DNA of 64,000 bases, from positions 261,302-325,301 of the forward strand of contig JBGATI010000002.1 in NCBI GenBank assembly GCA_044229245.1, given 5' to 3'. The DNA comes from Gemmatimonadales bacterium (GTDB lineage: Bacteria; Gemmatimonadota; Gemmatimonadetes; Gemmatimonadales; GWC2-71-9). Each line of letters starts with the position of its first letter. The first letter of the stretch is position 1. Made by a program: the position numbers and the translations under genes. This document shows positions 24,655 through 32,097 of this stretch, one piece after another. The notes under the pieces were generated by a model. The model did not search any database. It was not told where the DNA came from and was given only the letters and a program-made list of their open reading frames with translations.

Positions 24655-24761
24655 CTCGCGGCTGAAGCCGCGGCTCGGCTGAGGCCAGTAAACTGGCCCT
24701 AGTCCTTGCGAATGTCGCTTTAGCGACATCAGCCGAGCCGTCGCTTCAGCGACGAGCTCGG
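24655..24761 (+). repeat. multi-hairpin repeat S3
   Basis: CGCGGCTGAAGCCGCG followed by the same core as S1 and S2. The 3' part diverges. Confidence 0.85.
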
Positions 24762-24841
24762 TGCGCAGAACTCTGCGCCCCCGCGCCTCCGCGGAGAACG
24801 ACCACAGATTGCTTCGGCCGCTTCGCGGTCTTGCAATGACT

Positions 24842-24896
24842 AGCACTCGGAACCCGGAACCCGGAACCCGGAACTAAGTACTAAGCACTAAATCAC
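24842..24896. repeat. heptanucleotide array H8
   Basis: (CGGAACC) x4 followed by TAAGTAC TAAGCAC TAAATCAC. Confidence 0.85.
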
Positions 24897-25788
24897 GGAC
24901 TTGTCTGATCGTCTCGGGCGTCGTCCGGCAACACCCCCCAATCCACGTCGCGCCCGCACCGAGCCAGTCCCGCACCAGTTCATCGAGCGGCGCCACCGTC
25001 GCCGAGCCGCGCCAGCAGTGCGCCTCGCCATCCCAGACCTCGCCCGAGTTGGGATAGACCACGATCGGCTTGCTCGTCCCCTTCCGGAGTTCGCGGATGA
25101 GGGACGCCGTCGTCTCGGGGCGCACGCAGTTGACTCCGACCGCGATCACCTGCGGCTCCTTCTCGAGCATCCGGGCGCAGTCGACCAGCGGCTCGCCGTG
25201 CGCGGTGTGGCGGTCGTCGCGCGCGGTGAAGCTCACCCAGGCGCGCGCCGCCGGGACGTCGTGCAGCACCTCGGTGAGCGCCTTGGCTTCATCGAGGGAG
25301 GGGATCGTCTCGCAGGCCAGGAAGTCGGCGCCTGCCGAGGCGAGCACTTCGAGCCGTTCGCGATGGAAGTGGCAGAGTTCGCCGATGGTGAGCCCGTAGT
25401 CGCCGCGGTACTCCGAGCCGTCGTGCAGCGTGGCGCCGTAGGGGCCGACCGACGCCGCGACCCACATCGGCCGGGAATCGGTCGCCGCGACCTCGCGCCG
25501 CGCCTCCGCCGCGAGCTCCACCGAGCGGCGGAGCAGCCGGTCGGTCCCCGCCTTGTCCAACCCTCTGGTCGCGAAACCGGCGTAGCTCGCCTGGTAGCTC
25601 GCGGTGATGGCGACATCGGCGCCTGCCGCGTAGTACGCTCGGTGCACCTGGCGTATCAGATCGGGTCGTTCCGCCAGGATCCGCGCCGACCAGAGCCCGC
25701 CGGAGAGGTCGGCGCCCGCCCGCTCCAGCTCCGTCGCCAGTCCGCCGTCCACAATCCGGAAATCCCGTGGCATTCCGTCCCCGTCCAT
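24874..25788 (-). CDS. mmuM: homocysteine S-methyltransferase
   Basis: GGLATELE, ITASYQAS, GVNC and IGGCCRTTPE motifs. The start is uncertain (ATG 25788 or 25773). The last codons LVLST-TAG lie in array H8. Confidence 0.85.
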   Translation of the reverse strand: MDGDGMPRDFRIVDGGLATELERAGADLSGGLWSARILAERPDLIRQVHRAYYAAGADVAITASYQASYAGFATRGLDKAGTDRLLRRSVELAAEARREVAATDSRPMWVAASVGPYGATLHDGSEYRGDYGLTIGELCHFHRERLEVLASAGADFLACETIPSLDEAKALTEVLHDVPAARAWVSFTARDDRHTAHGEPLVDCARMLEKEPQVIAVGVNCVRPETTASLIRELRKGTSKPIVVYPNSGEVWDGEAHCWRGSATVAPLDELVRDWLGAGATWIGGCCRTTPETIRQVRDLVLST

Positions 25789-26016
25789 ATAAAGGAAAGA
25801 CCCGACCGGCAACTTACCATCCGGCCCCGAAAGCGACCATTTCGCCCCGCCGATCCGTGAATTTGCCGCTTCACCGATGCAACACTCAAACGTCACACCC
25901 CACCCTGTGACTTGGGACACCTGCGGGGCTCGCGGCATCTGCTAGTGTGATAACCGCGTCGGCATCCGCCGACAGATCCAGATCCCACTAGAACGCCGTC
26001 TCGAGGACTCACCGTC

Positions 26017-28623
26017 ATGGCCGCCTTCCTGAGCAATCTGCGCCGGAGTGGTTCCGCGGAGGATCTCGCCGAGCTGCAGCAGCTCGTGACCCGTCTCGAA
26101 TCCCAGCGCGGCAGTCTCGAACAGCTCGTCCAGCACGCCGACCGCTCCATCGGTCAGCTGCAGCGACTCGGCACCCTCGGTGAGCGGGTGAACACCCTCG
26201 AACGCCAGCTCTCCGGGATCGAGCATCTCGCCGCCCGGCTCGGCGCGGCCGAGAGTCAGCTCGCCGGACTCGCCGGCACCCACAACCGGCTCGAGACCCA
26301 GATGGCGGAAACCGCCACCGGCATCGAGCAGGCGCGGGTGGACGTGACGCTGCTGACCGAGACCGTGGCCGCGACCGCGCGGCTGAAGGACGAACTCTCC
26401 GGCTTCCTCTCCCTCAAGGGGCCGTTCAGCCAGCTCAAGTCCGAGATGGAGGGGCTGCAGTCGCAGAACGAGGCCTTCCGCGCCGACTTCGCCCGGCTCC
26501 GCGATCAGCACGACGCCACCCTCAACAGCTACAAGACGGCGTCGGGCCGGATCGAGTCGTTCGACGGCGACTGGCAGCGGATCACCCGCACCGTCGCCGA
26601 GACCGAGAACCGCATCAGCGGGCTTGAGCAGCTCGTCGCCGACATGATGGGGGTCGCCGAATCGGTGGCGCAGACCAAGCGCCAGCTCGCCGGCGCCAAG
26701 GCGATGGCCGATCAGCTCGGCCAGAAGGTGGCGCTTCTCGAGCAGCAGCGGGACGAGGTCGATCGCGCCACCGCCAAGCTCGAGCACCTCACCGCGCTGA
26801 TGCAGCGGGTGGACCAGGGCGCCGAACGCTCCAGCGAAGCGGTGCGCACCGTCGCCGCGCTCCGCACCGAGCTCGAGTCGCTCGAAGAGGCGCAGACCGC
26901 GCTCACCGAGCGGAGCCGCTCCGTCACCGAACGGCTCGAACGGATCGAAAGCGGCCAGACCGCGGCGGAGCGGAGTCTCGTTTCGCTCCGCGAAGGGCTC
27001 GACCAGAGCACCGAGCGGCTCGCGCTCGAGAGCCGGAGCGTGGAGGGGATGGGGCAGCGGGTCGGCGACCTCCGCCGGAACCTCTCCGAGTGGGAGGCGC
27101 GCTTCGCGACCCTCGCCGCCGGCGCGGAGGCGATCACCACCGCCGCCTCGAAGGCCGACACCCTCTCGACCCAGGTCACCAGTCTTACGGGCGAACTCGC
27201 CCGCGTCGCCGAGCTCGGATCGCGGGTTCGCACCGGGCTCGCCGATCTCGAACGGCTCGAGGAGGGGATCGGCGGACTCACCGAGCGCACCTGCCGGCTG
27301 GAGGAGTCGCGCCCGCTGCTCGAGCGCACCGTCCGCGATCTCTCCGGACTCGGCGCCACCGAGGAGGCGATTCACGAGGCGCTCGAACAGCTCCGCGGCG
27401 CCCGCAAGGAGCTGAGCGACACCCGCGGCACCCTCGATCAGACCCGCACCTGGCTCGGCGAGACCGACCGGAGCGTCGCGGCGCTGAAGACCGATGTCGC
27501 CGGACTCGACCGGATGCGCGCCACGGTGGATGCGCTCCGCCAGGAGCTGGAGCAGCTCAACAGCCAGATGACCGTGGTCGAAGGGCGGCGCGGCGTGGTG
27601 GACGACGTGCAGAAGCGCCTGACGGAAGCGGCGGGGATGGGCGCCTCGATGGAGGCGCGCGCCCGCGGGCTCGCCGAGCGGCTGGAGGCGGCGGAGGATC
27701 ATCTCGGGACGCTGGTGCCGAGGCTCGATGAGGTCGGGCGCGCGGGGAACCAGCTCGTGAGTCTCGGCGCCGAGGTGCGGGAGATGGAAGAGCGGGTGCG
27801 TGCGGTGCAGGGGACGGTGAAGGGGGTCGAGCAGCGCGCGAGCGGGCTCGAGACCCTCGCCAACCGGATGCAGGAGCTCTCCCGCGAGATCGATCAGCGC
27901 CAGAATGCGCTCGCCAGGGCGACCGAGCATCTCGATCGCGCCGCGACGCTCCGGCAGGAGGCGGCGGTCGCCGCGCAGACCCTGGCCGACCGGGCGCGGG
28001 AGGTGGATGCATCGCTGGTTGCCGCGGATCAGCGGCTCACGAGCTGTGATTCGCTGTCGCGCGAGCTGGAGGCGCGGATCGGGGTGCTCAACAGTGCGCA
28101 GGAGCGGATCACCGGCTTCGAGGCAAAGCTGGCCGACTGGCGCGGGGCGGAGCAGCAGCTCGCGCAGGCGATGGAGCAGGCGGTCGCGCGGCAGGCGACG
28201 ATCGCCTCGCTGCAGAGCGAGATCCGGGCACTCTTCGATCTGGCGGAACGCACCCAGGACGATGCCCGCGCGGTGACGGCGGCGCAGCCGCAGATGGCCC
28301 GCGCCCGGAGCGAGCTCGACGCGCTCCTCGCGCGGCTCGGCGACACCGACGGCATCATGCAGACACTGGAGGATCGCCGCCGCCAGCTCGACCGCACCGA
28401 GGAGCGGCTGGCCCACGCCGACCTGCTCGCCACCGATGTGCGGGAGTCGCTCGAGACCCTGGTCGCCCAGAAGGCGCAGGTGGATCACTTCCTCGGCATG
28501 GCGAGCGCGCTCACCCTGGAGACCAAGCGGGTCGAGGGGCTGCTCGAGGCGCTCCGTGACGAGCGCCGCCTCTCCGACCGGGTGCAGTCGTCGCTGGCCG
28601 GATTGCGGCGGCAACCCGAATAA
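26017..28623 (+). CDS. 868-aa all-coiled-coil protein
   Basis: Continuous Leu/Glu/Ala/Arg/Gln heptad-like sequence with high GC3. No enzymatic motif (no Walker A) was seen. Confidence 0.75.
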   Translation: MAAFLSNLRRSGSAEDLAELQQLVTRLESQRGSLEQLVQHADRSIGQLQRLGTLGERVNTLERQLSGIEHLAARLGAAESQLAGLAGTHNRLETQMAETATGIEQARVDVTLLTETVAATARLKDELSGFLSLKGPFSQLKSEMEGLQSQNEAFRADFARLRDQHDATLNSYKTASGRIESFDGDWQRITRTVAETENRISGLEQLVADMMGVAESVAQTKRQLAGAKAMADQLGQKVALLEQQRDEVDRATAKLEHLTALMQRVDQGAERSSEAVRTVAALRTELESLEEAQTALTERSRSVTERLERIESGQTAAERSLVSLREGLDQSTERLALESRSVEGMGQRVGDLRRNLSEWEARFATLAAGAEAITTAASKADTLSTQVTSLTGELARVAELGSRVRTGLADLERLEEGIGGLTERTCRLEESRPLLERTVRDLSGLGATEEAIHEALEQLRGARKELSDTRGTLDQTRTWLGETDRSVAALKTDVAGLDRMRATVDALRQELEQLNSQMTVVEGRRGVVDDVQKRLTEAAGMGASMEARARGLAERLEAAEDHLGTLVPRLDEVGRAGNQLVSLGAEVREMEERVRAVQGTVKGVEQRASGLETLANRMQELSREIDQRQNALARATEHLDRAATLRQEAAVAAQTLADRAREVDASLVAADQRLTSCDSLSRELEARIGVLNSAQERITGFEAKLADWRGAEQQLAQAMEQAVARQATIASLQSEIRALFDLAERTQDDARAVTAAQPQMARARSELDALLARLGDTDGIMQTLEDRRRQLDRTEERLAHADLLATDVRESLETLVAQKAQVDHFLGMASALTLETKRVEGLLEALRDERRLSDRVQSSLAGLRRQPE

Positions 28624-28683
28624 CCCGCGGGCCGCACCACTCAGTAGCCCGCGGCCTCCGTGCCGCGGGCTATCTTTGTTCCC

Positions 28684-29187
28684 ATGACCTCCGAACAACT
28701 CCGCGCCCTCCAGGCGCCACTCAAGCAGCGCTACCGTACCGATCCCGCCTCCGCGCTCGTCACCTCCGTCGTCGTCGCGACCCTCGATCAGGGCCGGATC
28801 GCCTGCCACGTCGAGGCGCCGAACGCCGGTGCCGACGTCGGGCTCCATCCCGCAGCCGGCGGCAGCGGGGCTCAGCGCTGCTCCGCCGACATCCTGCTCG
28901 AGGCGCTCGCCGGCTGCGCCGGCGTCACCCTGCTCGCCGTCGCCACCGCGATGGGGATCACGGTGCGGAGCGGCACGATCAGGGCCGAGGGGGACTGGGA
29001 CGCGCGCGGCACGCTGGGGGTGAGCAAGGAGGTTCCGGTCGGACTCCTCGCGGTAAGGCTCACCGTCACCCTCGACAGCACTGCGACGGAGGAGCAACTC
29101 GCCAAGCTGCTCGATCTAACCGAACGGTATTGTGTTGTAGCTCGGACGCTGTCCGAAGGTGTCGGTGTTTCAGTGCTTAGTGCTTAG
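28684..29187 (+). CDS. OsmC family peroxiredoxin-like protein
   Basis: LLEALAGCAGVTL and LTERYCVV give the two conserved Cys contexts of OsmC. The last codons VLSA-TAG lie in array H9. Confidence 0.8.
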   Translation: MTSEQLRALQAPLKQRYRTDPASALVTSVVVATLDQGRIACHVEAPNAGADVGLHPAAGGSGAQRCSADILLEALAGCAGVTLLAVATAMGITVRSGTIRAEGDWDARGTLGVSKEVPVGLLAVRLTVTLDSTATEEQLAKLLDLTERYCVVARTLSEGVGVSVLSA

Positions 29188-29296
29188 TGCTTAGTGCGTG
29201 ATCGCCAAGGCTCGTACCGAGCACTAAGTACTAAGTACTAAGTACTAAGTACTAAGTACTAAGTACTTAGTACTCAGTACCAAGCACTCGGAACTA
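29172..29296. repeat. heptanucleotide array H9 (long hairpin)
   Basis: (AGTGCTT) x3-4, a 23-nt loop, then (AAGTACT) x8, ending in ..CGGAACTA. Confidence 0.9.
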
Positions 29297-29311
29297 TCGA
29301 CCAACCTCCCC

Positions 29312-30169
29312 ATGCAGAGAACGAGATTCGCCCCCGCCCCCACCGGCTACCTCCATCTCGGCCACGTCGCCAACGCGCTCTACGTCTGGCAGACGGCGCG
29401 GGCACGGGGCGCGTCGGTGCTGCTCCGGATCGAGGACCACGACCGGCAGCGCTGCCGGCCGGAGTACGAGGCGGCGCTGCTCGAGGATCTCGACTGGCTC
29501 GGCTTCGTGCCGGACATCGGGGCGACCGCAGAGTTCCGCCGCGGGGCGTCGGCGTACCGGCAGAGCGACAACGGCGCGGTGTACGAGGCGGCGATCGAGC
29601 GGCTGATTGCCGCGGGGCATCGGGTCTACGCCTGCGACTGTTCGCGTACCACGCCCGCGGAACCGGGTAGGGGCGAACCTGTGGGCGGGGGCGACCCGCC
29701 GGGTCGCCCCTACGGCGGTCGGTGCCGGGAGAGGGGCCTCGAGCCGGGGCCGGGGCGCGGGCTGCGCGTCGTGATGCCGCCCGGCACCGAGCGGTTCGAG
29801 GACCTGCGGCTCGGGCCCCAGGCACAGGAGCCGCTGACGCAGTGCGGCGACCTGCTGCTTCGCGACCGGCTCGGCAACTGGACCTATCAGTTCGCGGTGG
29901 TGGTGGACGACCTGCGCCAGGGGATCGATCTCGTCATCCGCGGCGAGGACCTGCTCGACTCCACCGGGCGCCAGCTCGCCCTTGCCCGGATGCTGGGCCG
30001 CGAGACGCCACCGCTCTTCCTCCATCATCCGCTCATCCTCAAGCCGGGCGGCGAGAAGCTGAGCAAGGGGAATCGCGACACCAGCGTGCGTGAGCTCCGC
30101 GCCGCGGGGATGAGTCGCGACGAGCTGCTCCTTCGTGCCGCCGAGTCGGTCGGCCTCACGCTAGAATAG
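29312..30169 (+). CDS. gluQ: tRNA glutamyl-Q(34) synthetase
   Basis: RFAPAPTGYLHLGHV (HIGH-type motif), LLRIEDHD, KLSKG-like GEKLSKG. The short 285-aa size is typical of GluQRS. Confidence 0.85.
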   Translation: MQRTRFAPAPTGYLHLGHVANALYVWQTARARGASVLLRIEDHDRQRCRPEYEAALLEDLDWLGFVPDIGATAEFRRGASAYRQSDNGAVYEAAIERLIAAGHRVYACDCSRTTPAEPGRGEPVGGGDPPGRPYGGRCRERGLEPGPGRGLRVVMPPGTERFEDLRLGPQAQEPLTQCGDLLLRDRLGNWTYQFAVVVDDLRQGIDLVIRGEDLLDSTGRQLALARMLGRETPPLFLHHPLILKPGGEKLSKGNRDTSVRELRAAGMSRDELLLRAAESVGLTLE

Positions 30170-30181
30170 CGGGGGGCTCGG

Positions 30182-31588
30182 TTGCGTCCCCTGGGGGCGC
30201 GCCGTAGTATGCCAGTGACTCTCCACTCCCATTCTCCGGAATCCGTGCGACGCCTGCCGCTGCGTGCCGCCATCGCCCTGCTCGTGTGCGGCGCCCTCTC
30301 CCTCGCCTGTGGCGGCGGAGGAGATGGCGGCGGGCCGAATCCGGTGCCGACCTCGATCAGTGTGACGCCGGCGGGGCCGCTCACCCTCGCCTCGGGCGCG
30401 GCGCAGCAGCTCACCGCGACGGTGCTCGATCAGGACGGCAAGCCGATCAGCGGGGCGTCGGTCACCTGGCAGACGACGGTGGTGACCATCGCGGCGGTCT
30501 CGGCGGTGGGGAACATCACCGCCTCACACGTGGGCACGACCTCGATCACCGCGCATGCCGGCGCCATCACCTCCAACGCCGTGCAGGTCACGGTGACGTC
30601 GGGGCCGCCGGCCCAGCTCACCGCGATCGCGGGGAATGCCCAGACGGGGAAGACGGTGGGCACCGCGTCGGATACGATGATCGCCCGCCTGACGGATGCT
30701 GCCGGGAATGTCATCGCGGGCGCCACGATCGACTGGCTGCTCACCAGCGGCACCGGCACGGTGACCTCGGCCCAGACCACCACCGCCGCTAATGGCACCG
30801 CCGGCAACCGGCTCACGCTCGGCACCACGCCGGGCACCCGGATCGTCCGCGCCACCGTCCAGGGCACCGCGCTGCAGCAGCTCTTCAGCGTGGCCGCGAT
30901 CGCCGGGCCGGCGCTCAACCTCAGCGTGACCAACCACTTCGTGGTGCTCGACTCGGGCAGCTCGAGCCTCGCGATGTGGACGGCGCAGGATGCCTTCGGC
31001 AATCCGGCGACGCTCACCAACCTCGTCTTCACGGCCCGCGATCCGCTGGTCGCCTCGGTGAGTCTCTCGGGTGCGGTCACCGGCCAGCAGCGCGGCAGTG
31101 CGGTCGTCGTCGCGTCGCTCCCCGGCGGCGCCACCGACTCGGTGCAGGTGCTGGTCGCCATCCCCGGCGGGCCTGCGCTCATCAGCAACCTCACCAGCTT
31201 CGCGGTGACCGCGGGCGGCAGCTTCACGGTGGCGCTGGTGCTCGACATGCGTGCGAGCGGGGAGCCGCTCGGTGCCACGACCGTGCAGCTCGACTGGGAT
31301 CCCGCATTCCTCACCTACCAGAGCGATGCCGATGCCGGGAACGGTGTCGGCGCCACCATGAACGCGAGCGGGGCCGCGACCGGCACCCTGCTCCTCGCCG
31401 CGGCGAGTGCCAACGGCTTCCCCGGCGCCGTGCCGATCCGCACGGTGACCTTCCAGGCCGCGGCCGGCGTGGGACTGACCGGGGCCATCCCGCTCACGCT
31501 CACGACGACCGAGGTGCGGGCCGCGCTCAGCTTCCGCGACCTGCTGGGGAAGACCGTGGCCGGCAGCTACCCGCTGGTGACCCAGTGA
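30182..31588 (+). CDS. lipoprotein with Ig-like (Big_2-type) repeats and a C-terminal cohesin-like domain
   Basis: Lipobox LSLAC. ISVTPAGPLTLASGAAQQLTATVLDQDG is Big_2-like. C-terminal FTVALVLDMRASGEPLGATTVQLDWDPAFLTY is cohesin-like. The start may instead be ATG 30209. Confidence 0.7.
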   Translation: MRPLGARRSMPVTLHSHSPESVRRLPLRAAIALLVCGALSLACGGGGDGGGPNPVPTSISVTPAGPLTLASGAAQQLTATVLDQDGKPISGASVTWQTTVVTIAAVSAVGNITASHVGTTSITAHAGAITSNAVQVTVTSGPPAQLTAIAGNAQTGKTVGTASDTMIARLTDAAGNVIAGATIDWLLTSGTGTVTSAQTTTAANGTAGNRLTLGTTPGTRIVRATVQGTALQQLFSVAAIAGPALNLSVTNHFVVLDSGSSSLAMWTAQDAFGNPATLTNLVFTARDPLVASVSLSGAVTGQQRGSAVVVASLPGGATDSVQVLVAIPGGPALISNLTSFAVTAGGSFTVALVLDMRASGEPLGATTVQLDWDPAFLTYQSDADAGNGVGATMNASGAATGTLLLAAASANGFPGAVPIRTVTFQAAAGVGLTGAIPLTLTTTEVRAALSFRDLLGKTVAGSYPLVTQ

Positions 31589-31596
31589 GGAGGGAG

Positions 31597-32094
31597 ATGA
31601 TGCCGAGACGTGGATTGATGCTCATCGCGGCGCTGCTCCTCGCCGGCTGCGAGCAGGACACCGCCAAGCCGACCCCCGCGCCGCCGCCGGCGCCGGGCAA
31701 CGGGCCGGTGATCGTCACGCTCTCCGATTCCGCACCGGCGAAGGGGAGCCTTGTCACCATCCATGCGCAGGTGCGCGCCGGGGCGCCGATGGCGGCGAGC
31801 TACACCGCGCGGCTCGTCTACGATCGCAACGGGCTGGTCTATCTGCGCGACCGCACCGCGGCCGACGGGATCCACGCCATCAATCCGCAGCCGGGGCTGG
31901 TGCGCATCGCCGGTGCCTCGACCGCGGGATTCAAGGATGGCCGGCTCTTCTCGGTGGAGTTCCGGGTCAACGATCCGGCGGCGCTCCGCACCCTCGAGCT
32001 CCGGCTCGAGGAGCTGAACGGCGCCGACTTCCGCACCACGCTCCCGCGTGCCGCGCTCGACCGGGTGTCACGCTTCACCCCGGAGCCCCGTTAG
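31597..32094 (+). CDS. small lipoprotein with cohesin-like domain
   Basis: GAGGAGGGAG lies before the ATG. Lipobox LLLAGC. SYTARLVYDRNGLVYL...LFSVEFRV is cohesin-like. Confidence 0.6.
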   Translation: MMPRRGLMLIAALLLAGCEQDTAKPTPAPPPAPGNGPVIVTLSDSAPAKGSLVTIHAQVRAGAPMAASYTARLVYDRNGLVYLRDRTAADGIHAINPQPGLVRIAGASTAGFKDGRLFSVEFRVNDPAALRTLELRLEELNGADFRTTLPRAALDRVSRFTPEPR

Positions 32095-32097
32095 GCG

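Noticed and set aside
25789-25945. A structured-looking, lower-GC leader upstream of mmuM, considered as a possible SAM/SAH-type riboswitch. It contains the GTCACA..TGTGAC, GGCAA..TTGCC and CGAAA..TTTCG pairings.
   Set aside because: I could not match it to any riboswitch consensus I remember (SAM-I, II, IV, SAH, cobalamin). It also doubles as the divergent promoter region for the coiled-coil gene. It could be settled with an Rfam cmscan.
25942-29097. Very long ORFs antisense to, or out of frame with, confident genes. Examples: 25942..29097(-) 1051 aa, 32449..34707(-) 752 aa, 36671..38857(+) 728 aa, 41859..43556(+), 43199..44725(-), 44757..46529(-), 47735..49321(-), 49320..51113(+), 52034..53569(-), 58235..59275(-).
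   Set aside because: Their translations are Arg/Gly/Pro/His-rich with no motifs. The overlapping frame carries clear family signatures and G/C-rich third positions. Long open antisense frames are expected at about 70% GC.
18346-29296. Considered whether the heptamer arrays, the 21-bp array or the ~128-bp palindromes could be CRISPR arrays.
   Set aside because: The units are contiguous with no unique spacers (7-bp and 21-bp arrays), or they are separated by whole genes (128-bp elements). No cas genes are present.
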